NCBI GenBank assembly: GCA_041500405.1
Contig: JBGQMB010000001.1
Location: 1 to 64,000 of the forward strand
DNA length: 64,000 nt
Direction: 5' to 3'
DNA from: Candidatus Micrarchaeia archaeon
GTDB lineage: Archaea > Micrarchaeota > Micrarchaeia > Anstonellales > J096
Both the position numbers and the translations under genes were made by a program. Positions 18,419-27,122 of this stretch are shown one piece after another (position 1 is the first letter of the stretch; each line of letters opens with the position of its first letter). The notes under the pieces were generated by a model, which worked only from the letters and a program-made list of their open reading frames with translations, did no database searches and was not told the origin of the DNA.

Positions 18419-19831
18419 ATGCTTGCACTGTTCAACAGCCTCACAAGGAAAACAGAGGCGTTCGTTCCCATCAGCGGCAAGTCCATCGGGCTTTACACCT
18501 GCGGGCCCACAGTCTACAATTATCCGCACATAGGCAATTACAGGGCATATATCTTCGAGGATATGCTTAGGCGCTGGCTTGAGTACAGGGGATACATGGT
18601 AATGCACATAATGAACATAACCGACGTTGACGACAAGACCATAAGGGACTCGCAGAAGGAGAAAATCCCGCTCAAGGCGTTCACTGCAAGGTACGAGAAG
18701 GCGTTTTTCGAGGACATAAAGACGCTAAACATAGAGCCTGCATACCTTTACCCAAGGGCGACGGAGCACATACCGGAAATGGTTGCCATGATAAGGAAGC
18801 TGATGGACAAGGGGTATGCTTACAAGGGAGAGGACGGCTCAACCTATTTCTCAATCGCAAAATTCAAGGGCTATGGCAAGCTCTCCCATCTTGACGTTTC
18901 AAAGCTCAAGGCCGGCGCAAGGGTCTCCCACGACGAGTACGAGAAGCAGCAGCTTGCGGATTTCGTGCTCTGGAAGGCCTGGGACGAAAAGGACGGAAAT
19001 GTTTTCTGGGAAACGGAACTGGGAAAGGGAAGGCCGGGCTGGCACATTGAGTGCTCCGCGATGAGCATGAAATACCTCGGCGAGACTTTCGACATCCATT
19101 GCGGCGGAGTCGACAACATGTTTCCGCACCACGAGAACGAGATTGCGCAGAGCGAGGCAGCAAGCGGGAAAAAATTCGTGAATTGCTGGCTGCACGCCGA
19201 GCACCTCATGGTTGAAGGAAAGAAGATGAGCAAGAGCCTTGGCAATTTCTACACGCTAAGGGACCTGCTTTCAAAGGGCCACCATCCCAAGGCAATACGC
19301 TGGCTTCTGCTTTCCACGCATTACAGGCAGCAGCTGAACTTCACGTTCGGCGCGCTTGAGTCTTCTGCGAAAACCGTCCAGAACCTGCTGGACCTTGCGC
19401 TCAAGCTCAGATGCGCAAACGGAAAGCAGGATTACGAGACAGACAGGAAGGTGGAGGCATTCATTTCCAAGCTCATTTCCGGCTTTGAGAAAAACATGGA
19501 CAACGACCTCCATATTTCTGAGGCGCTTGCAGAGCTGTTCAGCTTTGTTTCTGAGGTGAACAAGCTCCTTTTGCAGAACAAGATAAGCAAGGCCAATGCC
19601 GGGAAAATCCTTGACGCGCTTTTCAAGATTGACAGGGCGCTTGGCATAATCGGCGAAGGCGAAAAATTGCCTGAGGACGTGGCCAAGCTCATCGATGAAA
19701 GGAAGGCCGCAAGGAAGGCGAAGGACTGGAAAAGGGCGGACGAGCTGAGAAGCATGATAAAGGGCATGGGGTACAATGTGATGGACAGCGGGGACGATAC
19801 GCTTGTCGGAGTTTCTGTAATTAAGCAATAA
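18419..19831 (+). CDS. cysS: Cysteine--tRNA ligase
   Basis: YTCGPTVY, HIGN, GRPGWHIECS, FPHHENE, KMSKS. Confidence 0.97.
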   Translation: MLALFNSLTRKTEAFVPISGKSIGLYTCGPTVYNYPHIGNYRAYIFEDMLRRWLEYRGYMVMHIMNITDVDDKTIRDSQKEKIPLKAFTARYEKAFFEDIKTLNIEPAYLYPRATEHIPEMVAMIRKLMDKGYAYKGEDGSTYFSIAKFKGYGKLSHLDVSKLKAGARVSHDEYEKQQLADFVLWKAWDEKDGNVFWETELGKGRPGWHIECSAMSMKYLGETFDIHCGGVDNMFPHHENEIAQSEAASGKKFVNCWLHAEHLMVEGKKMSKSLGNFYTLRDLLSKGHHPKAIRWLLLSTHYRQQLNFTFGALESSAKTVQNLLDLALKLRCANGKQDYETDRKVEAFISKLISGFEKNMDNDLHISEALAELFSFVSEVNKLLLQNKISKANAGKILDALFKIDRALGIIGEGEKLPEDVAKLIDERKAARKAKDWKRADELRSMIKGMGYNVMDSGDDTLVGVSVIKQ

Positions 19832-19833
19832 CT

Positions 19834-20490
19834 TTATGCAATGCCTTTGTCGATGTTGCTTAATATTGCCTTAAGTCCGTCTGCATCCTTGACATAATGG
19901 ACCTTGCAGCCGAGTTTGTTGATGTATGACTCAAGCTCGTAGCCAAGGCTTTGCCTGAAGAACGGAGAGTATATTATAAGAGAGAACGGAACCCTGTCCC
20001 CTGCTATTATTTTGGGGTGTATCGCCTTCTTTGATGCCTTGACTTCCGGCTTTCCGTCGCTGAAAAGCTTATACAAATAATACGCGTATGCGACCTCGCC
20101 CATCGCGCCAAGGCTGTTCCCGAGCATCAGGATGCAATCCCCGAAAAGGCAGTGCACAAGGTCCTGCTTGTACCAGCTGTGCGTGTCCAATATTTCGTCG
20201 AATACCCTCTTTCCGTGCATTTCCGAATTGAGGTAAGGCTCAAGGTGGAGTATGCCGAATTCCTTGTCCTCGATCGGGACAGTTCCGTAAACCCTCTTTC
20301 CGTTTAGGCCCTTGTAGCGTGTTGCAATGTCGTAGCATATTCCGTTGTCCGGCAGGAGCACGATTTCGTGCTCGCTTATGGCTTTTGCTATATTGTCAAG
20401 GTGCGAGTCAAAAACCGCCTTGTCCATGCCAAGAAGCTCAAGGAAATGGTATCTCACATCGCCTGGCCCAACGAGGCTTATCCTTAGCAT
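19834..20490 (-). CDS. Hypothetical protein, possible SLOG/LOG-like Rossmannoid fold
   Basis: RISLVGPG, GTVP, ILMLGNSLGAMGEVAYAY resemble SLOG motifs. Confidence 0.45.
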   Translation of the reverse strand: MLRISLVGPGDVRYHFLELLGMDKAVFDSHLDNIAKAISEHEIVLLPDNGICYDIATRYKGLNGKRVYGTVPIEDKEFGILHLEPYLNSEMHGKRVFDEILDTHSWYKQDLVHCLFGDCILMLGNSLGAMGEVAYAYYLYKLFSDGKPEVKASKKAIHPKIIAGDRVPFSLIIYSPFFRQSLGYELESYINKLGCKVHYVKDADGLKAILSNIDKGIA

Positions 20491-20493
20491 ATG

Positions 20494-21282
20494 TCAATGT
20501 TGCGGAGGCTCGGTTTTAATGCTTTCCCTTTTTCCGAAATTGAACCTGAAAAAAGGCAAAACCTTGAACCTCTTTGCCGTCTTGTCAATGTTCAAAAGGC
20601 CTATCTGGGCCCCGCGGAGGCGCTTTTTGCAGATGTTGACAAGGCCTATCGCCAAGCCGTCAAGCTCGGCAATATTGTTGATTGTGGCAAGCGCAATGCC
20701 CCTCATATAGTTTATCTCGTTCACGCCGATTGCGGATATGGAGGCGGCAAAGCCCCTCATTTCTCCTATAACATTGAGCGAGTGCACAAGCCCAAGCGTG
20801 ATGACTGCGGCAATGGGCCCGGCCCTGCCCAGGTCCGCCACAGAATACATGCCTCCAAATGACACCAATGCCTTGTGCAGCTCCTTTATGTCTGTGATGG
20901 ACAAAAGCAAAGACATCGTGGTGGCGCCTTCGGTCCTTTCAATGCTGCTTATAGCAACCCCTGCGCCGAGCGTATCCACGCTGATTCTGCACTTTCCAAT
21001 CCTGTTCTCTGCCATAATGCCTGCCGCCAAAACGCTCTTTTCAGCAACCTCTATGTCGTTGGACGCCCCGACGCCGAGCGCGGACACGCCGCCCCTTGCA
21101 ACCTTGATTTCATTGTCAGCTTCGCAGATACAGGCCGTTCCAACGGCGCCTTCCGCGCGCTCTATTTTGTTTTTTGCTGATGCGCAGAACGCCAAGATGC
21201 CCCTGCTCCTTTGGGCCTCGTCCAGCCTAAGGTTTCCCCTGAGCATTATCTGCGGCATGCGCGCTGCCATCATTTTTTTCAT
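20494..21282 (-). CDS. Beta-repeat protein with LA_2272-like GxxIGLxN repeats
   Basis: GLAIGLVN, GAQIGLLN and C-terminal VLPFFRFNF. Confidence 0.55.
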   Translation of the reverse strand: MKKMMAARMPQIMLRGNLRLDEAQRSRGILAFCASAKNKIERAEGAVGTACICEADNEIKVARGGVSALGVGASNDIEVAEKSVLAAGIMAENRIGKCRISVDTLGAGVAISSIERTEGATTMSLLLSITDIKELHKALVSFGGMYSVADLGRAGPIAAVITLGLVHSLNVIGEMRGFAASISAIGVNEINYMRGIALATINNIAELDGLAIGLVNICKKRLRGAQIGLLNIDKTAKRFKVLPFFRFNFGKRESIKTEPPQH

Positions 21283-21378
21283 GCATATCTTTAGTTAGTT
21301 ATATTTTTTAAATGTTTGTGGAAGATAAAACAGATCCGGCGCATAAACCTTTTATATCTCCTTGGCATTTAGCTTTTC

Positions 21379-21684
21379 ATGGGAATAATATCTGAGTTCA
21401 AGGACTTCCTGCAGGAGTACAAGGTAATGGGCCTGGCAGTGGCGTTCATAATGGCTGTTGCGGCAACGGCGCTCGTGCAGTCGTTGGTCAGCAACATCAT
21501 AATGCCGCTGGTTTCGCCGTTCATACCAGGCGGGGACTGGCAGACCGCGGTGCTTGCCATAGGGCCGTTTAACTTCGGCTGGGGCCCGTTCCTTGCTGCG
21601 CTGGTAAACTTCATCATAATCGCCTTTGCGGTGTTCCTTATCGCGAAGTCGCTGATGAAGGGAACCAAAGCCTCCAAGAAGTAA
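21379..21684 (+). CDS. mscL: Large-conductance mechanosensitive channel
   Basis: EFKDFL..VMGLAVAFIM, SLVSNIIMPL, GPFLAALVNFIII. Confidence 0.9.
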   Translation: MGIISEFKDFLQEYKVMGLAVAFIMAVAATALVQSLVSNIIMPLVSPFIPGGDWQTAVLAIGPFNFGWGPFLAALVNFIIIAFAVFLIAKSLMKGTKASKK

Positions 21685-21842
21685 ACCCTTTGTTTTTAAT
21701 TTATTTTTTTAATTTCTGCTGGCGCTTAGCCAGACCCCATATTCTTTCATATAACCATTCCATCCCTCTTTTTACCCTTTACTCTATACCAATCATCGTC
21801 CCACATGGCAAGTTTTTTAAAGAGTTATTTTTAAATGCCCTT

Positions 21843-22604
21843 GTGGCGCCTGCAAAAAAGGCAGAAAAAAGCGAAAAGGCCAATGACGGCAACGGAGGGG
21901 TATGCACAATGCTCAAAAAATACATTCAGATGTTCCCGTTCGTGAGGAAGGAGCTGGGCGAGCTTGCGGCAAACCCGAACAAGGCAATGCCCAAGGAGAT
22001 AGAAAACTCGACGGCAATCCGCGGCCTGAAGGACGCGGCAATCTCCGCATTCGTCTTTTCCACAGTCATGTCGCTTTTCTGGATTATATTTAGCATGCGG
22101 ACCCTTCTGCCGGCGCTGGCGGCGATGCCCTTGGTCGTGGTTGGCATGGTGATAAGCGTATACGCAATTTCGCTTGTCGCGACGATTTTGTTAAACATTG
22201 TGCTTGAGCTGATTCCGACTGCCTGCGTGTATTATCTCATAGCAAAAGTCTTGGGCGGCAAGGGCTCATTTGGAAAGACCTTGGGAATGCTCAGCACGAT
22301 ATCGGCGCCTAGAAACCTCCTGCTCATCGCACTGCTTGTGATTTCGGGCATACTGATGGCGATTGTCAACACGTTCCTGGGAAGCCTTTACACAATCGCA
22401 TACATACTGGTAATTCTGGGCGGCACTGCGCTGGCGTTCTTCCAGCTTTACCTCAACTACAAGATGGTCAGGATGCTCCACGGCCTTTCAAGGGGCAAGT
22501 CCGTTGTGGTTGTCGCGATTCCGCCTTTGATGGCGATTGCAGTTGTGATGGCGCTTGTGTCATGGATAATTTCCATCGTTGCGTCCATAATGCCCGCCGC
22601 CTAG
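21843..22604 (+). CDS. Yip1-family membrane protein (paralog 1; start 21843 GTG or 21909 ATG)
   Basis: YIQMFPFVRK, AKVLGGKGSFGKT, LHGLSRGKS. Confidence 0.75.
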   Translation: MAPAKKAEKSEKANDGNGGVCTMLKKYIQMFPFVRKELGELAANPNKAMPKEIENSTAIRGLKDAAISAFVFSTVMSLFWIIFSMRTLLPALAAMPLVVVGMVISVYAISLVATILLNIVLELIPTACVYYLIAKVLGGKGSFGKTLGMLSTISAPRNLLLIALLVISGILMAIVNTFLGSLYTIAYILVILGGTALAFFQLYLNYKMVRMLHGLSRGKSVVVVAIPPLMAIAVVMALVSWIISIVASIMPAA

Positions 22605-22653
22605 GCGCGCGGGCCCGTTTCCATTTTTAAATTTTTCCTATCCAGCGTAGGCT

Positions 22654-23367
22654 ATGGCAGACAATTCTTGGGTTGTTGGTCTTAAGGACCTGATAAGGAA
22701 ATACATTATGATTTTCCCGTTCGTGAGGAAGAAGGAATTCACAGAAATAATAATAAACCCGGATTCCGCGATCCCGAACGAGATAAAGACGTCCTCGATA
22801 GGCAAGGGATTCAAGGATGCAGTGGTGCCCTACCTTTTCATCGTCATCATAGGGTCCGTAATCAGCGCTTTGATAAGCATTGCAATGTCTGCGGCCGGAC
22901 TTGGCGCTGCCGGGATTGTGAATACGGTAATATCAAGCGCCATCCAGTTCGTAATCGCGCTGGTCATCGCCCCCATTTTCCTTGCGGTTGCGCTGTTCCT
23001 GACAGCGGCGCTGTATTTCATCCTGGCAAAGGTGCTTGGCGGAAAAGGCAGTTTCGGGAAGACGATGGGCATGCTCGGCACCATAGTGGGCCCGATATGC
23101 CTGCTCAACATAATAACCAACATTTTGAGCGTGATACCGCTGGTTGCATGCATAGCGGCCATACCGGCGCTGGCAATAAGCATATACTGCCTTTACCTTA
23201 ACTTCAGGATGGTCAAGGCGCTGCACAGCCTGGATGATATTAAGGCGGCGGTGGTCGTAATAATACCGATACTGCTGGCGATTGCGCTTACCATTGCCGT
23301 GATAGCGGTGATGGCATCCATGCTGGGAATGGCGGCATACACGCAGGCATTGCCGTCCACGGGCTGA
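22654..23367 (+). CDS. Yip1-family membrane protein (paralog 2)
   Basis: YIMIFPFVRK, AKVLGGKGSFGKT, LHSLDDIKA. Confidence 0.8.
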   Translation: MADNSWVVGLKDLIRKYIMIFPFVRKKEFTEIIINPDSAIPNEIKTSSIGKGFKDAVVPYLFIVIIGSVISALISIAMSAAGLGAAGIVNTVISSAIQFVIALVIAPIFLAVALFLTAALYFILAKVLGGKGSFGKTMGMLGTIVGPICLLNIITNILSVIPLVACIAAIPALAISIYCLYLNFRMVKALHSLDDIKAAVVVIIPILLAIALTIAVIAVMASMLGMAAYTQALPSTG

Positions 23368-23433
23368 ACCGGGATACATTTAAAAGTCTTTCCGGGCATG
23401 GATTGCACTTAGCGTTGACAATTGGGTGATTAT

Positions 23434-23547
23434 TTGGGCTCAAAACCAAGAAAATGGAAGAAGAAAGGCAAAATGAGATGGAAATGGATAAAGAAGAGAA
23501 GAAAAAGGCTCAAGAGAAAGCTTAAGAGAAGGGTCGGCGAGCTTTGA
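23434..23547 (+). CDS. rpl41e: Ribosomal protein L41e (eS32), long archaeal form, TTG start; absent from ORF track
   Basis: Translates (M)[44 protein letters not shown] upstream. Confidence 0.88.
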   Translation: MGSKPRKWKKKGKMRWKWIKKRRKRLKRKLKRRVGEL

Positions 23548-23596
23548 AGTTGCGTCGGACCCTCATTTTTTAAACATTTACTGCGCAAAACAGAAT

Positions 23597-24325
23597 ATGG
23601 CAGAGAATTCCCTGATTATTACGCTGAAGGACTGGACAAGGAAATACATAATGCTTTTTCCGTATATTAGGAAAAAGGAATTCGCTGGTATGGTAACCAA
23701 CCCTGATTCCGCAATCCAGGCCGAGGTAAATTCAGCCTCAGCGTTGAAAGGGGTTGGTGATGCCATACTTTCGTTGTGGCTATACATAATAACAAAGTCT
23801 TGTTTTGTTATAGTTTTGTTCCTTGCGGCAGTCATCATATCAGCTTTTGCCAGCAGAGCAGCAGGCGTCGCAAGCACATATAGCAGCGGAGAATTAATGG
23901 GCCCAATCGCAACCCTAGTTTTGAATTCAGCCAGTGCGCTCGTAATCTTGCCTTTTTTACTGGCCATTGGACTGTTTATTGCGGCCGTCATATATTTTGT
24001 TGTCGCGAAGATACTCGGCGGAAAGGGAAGCTTCGGCAAGACGATGGGAATGCTCGGCACCATAGCAGGCATCGTATTCCTGCTCACGATAATACCAGAC
24101 ATTTTGTGCATTATTCCATTTGGTATATTGATAGCGGCTATACCATTATTGGCCGTATTGATTTTCGCCCTTTACCTCAATTTCAAGATGATCCAGAGCC
24201 TTCACGGACTCAGCGGCATCAAGGCAGCGGCCGTGGTGGTAATATCGTTGCTGATAATAACCGCTCCATTTATCCTTGCCGGAGCCGTGCTGTTAATGCT
24301 ATTATTCAATTTTGCACATATGTAA
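23597..24325 (+). CDS. Yip1-family membrane protein (paralog 3)
   Basis: YIMLFPYIRK, AKILGGKGSFGKT, LHGLSGIKA. Confidence 0.8.
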   Translation: MAENSLIITLKDWTRKYIMLFPYIRKKEFAGMVTNPDSAIQAEVNSASALKGVGDAILSLWLYIITKSCFVIVLFLAAVIISAFASRAAGVASTYSSGELMGPIATLVLNSASALVILPFLLAIGLFIAAVIYFVVAKILGGKGSFGKTMGMLGTIAGIVFLLTIIPDILCIIPFGILIAAIPLLAVLIFALYLNFKMIQSLHGLSGIKAAAVVVISLLIITAPFILAGAVLLMLLFNFAHM

Positions 24326-24363
24326 GTTCTGGCATCCGTGCTGGCGTGGGTTTAACGAATAGA

Positions 24364-25704
24364 TCATTTCGTTTCCTTGTACAGTTTCTCCATCCTTGCG
24401 TACAATCCCTTTCCGTTTTTTGCAGCAAGTTTTTCGTCCATCGAGCTTGCCCATATCCTTATCAGCGGCTCCGTTCCGCTTACCCTTACCATAATCCAGT
24501 AATCCTTGTAGTCAACCCTTGTGGTCTCGTTGTCCATGTTTATTGCATTGTCCTTCTCGAACGTTTTCCTCACCTTTGCCATGAATTTTGCCGATTTTGC
24601 CTTGTCCATCATAAGCTTTTCCTTGTGTATGTGCCAAACCGGAAGCACGGAAACAAGGTTCTTCAGCTTTTTGCCGTCAAGCATCTCCATTATCTTCAAT
24701 GCGGTGAACATGCCGTCCTTTGCCAGGCTCAATTCCTTCCAGATTGTCCCGCCTACCTCCTCCCCGCCTGCCATCATGCCGTCTTCCAGCATCTTCTCGG
24801 CAACATAGGAAGCCCCGACCTTCGTGTACCTTACCTTGAAGCCGGCCTTTTCCGCAATGTGGTTCACGAGCTTCGAGCTTGCAATCGTTGTCGCAACGTC
24901 CCCCTTCAGCCCCTCCTCGTACATCTTCTTCACTGCAAGCGAGAACACAACATCCCCGCTTACGAAATTTCCGTTTTCATCAACCATGCTCAGCCTGTCG
25001 CCATCCCCGTCAAAGGCCAGGCCAGGCAGGCCCTGGCTCCTGCATGTTTCCATGAGCAGCTTGAGGTTTGCCTGCGAGGGCTCCGACTCCCTTCCGGGGA
25101 AGTTTCCGTCCATCGTGGCGTTGAGCCAAACGGTGTCCAGCTCAAGCTCCCTGAGTATCTTTGAGAATATGTCAACAGTGACGCCGTTTCCGTAGTCAAC
25201 CACAAACCTCTTTCCCTTCAGCTTTTTCCTGTCTATGAGCTCAAGCACCCTTTCTATGTAGAATGCGGATGCGCTCTCGCGCCTGTCCCTATCCTTTCCA
25301 ACGCAGTTCCAGTTTGCAAGGCTCGTGCCCTTCGCGACCATTTTGTTTGACGTTTCCTTGTTTATGATTACGCCTCTCCTGTCGGCTATCTTTATGCCGT
25401 TGTACTCCGGAGGGTTGTGGCTCGCCGTGACTATGAAAAGGCCGTCATACCTCTTGAATGTGTTGTAGAACTCCGCAACCGGGCTCGGGCAGTATCCAAG
25501 CTCTATGGCATCGCTTCCGCCGTCCATTATGCCGGAAATCAGGCTATGGTATATTGAAGGCGATGTAAGCCTGTGGTCCATCGCAACGACGATGTTCTTG
25601 CCCAGCTGGGGCGCGAAAATGTTGCCTATCTCGTATGCAGTCCTGCCGTTTATCTCGTCGAATAGCCCCCTGACGCCCGATGTTCCGAAGTCCATATTCA
25701 ACAA
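24364..25704 (-). CDS. Phosphohexomutase (PGM/PMM/GlmM family)
   Basis: FGTSGVRG, TASHNP, DGDGDR, GGEE, RVSGTEP. Confidence 0.93.
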   Translation of the reverse strand: MLNMDFGTSGVRGLFDEINGRTAYEIGNIFAPQLGKNIVVAMDHRLTSPSIYHSLISGIMDGGSDAIELGYCPSPVAEFYNTFKRYDGLFIVTASHNPPEYNGIKIADRRGVIINKETSNKMVAKGTSLANWNCVGKDRDRRESASAFYIERVLELIDRKKLKGKRFVVDYGNGVTVDIFSKILRELELDTVWLNATMDGNFPGRESEPSQANLKLLMETCRSQGLPGLAFDGDGDRLSMVDENGNFVSGDVVFSLAVKKMYEEGLKGDVATTIASSKLVNHIAEKAGFKVRYTKVGASYVAEKMLEDGMMAGGEEVGGTIWKELSLAKDGMFTALKIMEMLDGKKLKNLVSVLPVWHIHKEKLMMDKAKSAKFMAKVRKTFEKDNAINMDNETTRVDYKDYWIMVRVSGTEPLIRIWASSMDEKLAAKNGKGLYARMEKLYKETK

Positions 25705-25802
25705 TTCTTGATATAATGCTTAAAAAGGTTTCAATTTTCCGCCGAACCATAAACATATAAAAACAGTTATATACACAGATTACTCTTCATATAGGTGCCA
25801 AA

Positions 25803-27068
25803 ATGAGCGAAACGTCACATAAGCAAAAAAGACATAAGGACCACCCGGCGGCAAGGCTGGGGAAGTTCTTCTTTGAATCAAAGGAGGGCGCAAAAAGGCT
25901 GCTGCCGCTCAAGCTGGCCCTTAAAAGGCAGGAGCATTTTGAGAGGCTTACGATAGCGGCAATACAGGAGATATCCGCGGACGCCCTGTTCTTTGTCGGC
26001 ATGGACAAGAAGGTAATAAGCTGCAGCGACTCCGCATCTGGCATCTTCGGGTACGGAAAAGGCGAGCTTATTGGCATGGACGCATCAGTGTTCCTTCCAA
26101 GTGAGGATAAGGTAAGGCCGGTGCACGGCCAAATAGCAAAGAGGGTTTGCACATTCATAAGGAAGGACGGCTCAACGTTTTCTGGGGAGCTTTGCGGAAA
26201 GGTCGTGAACGACCATAAAGGCAAGCCCTCTTTCGTCGTGATTTCAGTTTGGGACACCACAGACAGGGAAAGGAGCCTCATGGAGCAAAAAGCCGAGAGC
26301 GCGACAATAGTTGGCAGCGGCCTTGCGCACGACATCAACAACATGTTGGGTGCAGTTTTGGGCAATGTTGAACTGGCGAAAAGCAATGTCCCGCAGCATG
26401 GAATGGACCATGCCAACCCGGCCAAGTGCCTGGCGTACTTGTCAAAGGCCATGGAATCAATCATGGCGATAAGGGGGCTCACGCAAATGTTCAATGACAT
26501 CTCAGGCTTTACAGTAATGAGGGGCGAGCGCGTTGACCTTGAGCCCATCATGGGCTATCTGTTCGACAAGATAAAGGACAATGCAGGCAAGGCAAACGTC
26601 AATCTCGATTTCACGGGCGGAAAGGATTGCGCATTCCTTGGGGACCCGATAAAGACATTGGAAATGCTTGAGATGTTCGCCGTAAACGCCATAGAGGCGA
26701 TGGAAGGGAAGGGCGGAATCCTGCGCATAAGGGTGTTCAAAAGGAACATAGATGCAGCCGGGGCGCCGGGAGACCCGCTTAGCCCAAGCAGGTGGGCAAG
26801 GCGCGATGCGCAAGGAAGGGATTCGATAATGATAACAGTGGCGGATACCGGAAAAGGCATGGACGAAAAGACCAAAAGGAAGATATTTGATCCCTATTTC
26901 TCCACCAAGGACAGGGGATCGCAGAAGGGCATGGGCCTGAGCCTTGCTGTTGCGCATTCCCTGATAAGCATATTCAAGGGGGACATAAAAGTGAATTCCG
27001 CTCCGGGCAAGGGAACGACCTTTTGGATGAGGTTTCCGGCGGCCGGCCAGGAGGACCGCAACATATAA
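25803..27068 (+). CDS. PAS-domain sensor histidine kinase
   Basis: PAS (IFGY..ELIG, RKDGS), H-box LAHDINN, NAIEAM, DTGKGM, FDPYFSTK, GKGTTF. Confidence 0.9.
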   Translation: MSETSHKQKRHKDHPAARLGKFFFESKEGAKRLLPLKLALKRQEHFERLTIAAIQEISADALFFVGMDKKVISCSDSASGIFGYGKGELIGMDASVFLPSEDKVRPVHGQIAKRVCTFIRKDGSTFSGELCGKVVNDHKGKPSFVVISVWDTTDRERSLMEQKAESATIVGSGLAHDINNMLGAVLGNVELAKSNVPQHGMDHANPAKCLAYLSKAMESIMAIRGLTQMFNDISGFTVMRGERVDLEPIMGYLFDKIKDNAGKANVNLDFTGGKDCAFLGDPIKTLEMLEMFAVNAIEAMEGKGGILRIRVFKRNIDAAGAPGDPLSPSRWARRDAQGRDSIMITVADTGKGMDEKTKRKIFDPYFSTKDRGSQKGMGLSLAVAHSLISIFKGDIKVNSAPGKGTTFWMRFPAAGQEDRNI

Positions 27069-27122
27069 AAGCATATTCTCCTGAATTATCCTTTGCAAAC
27101 TCATGATTAGCAGGTGTCAATA

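Noticed and set aside
24106..25164. 352-aa plus-strand ORF
   Set aside because: Antisense shadow of the phosphohexomutase gene; no motifs
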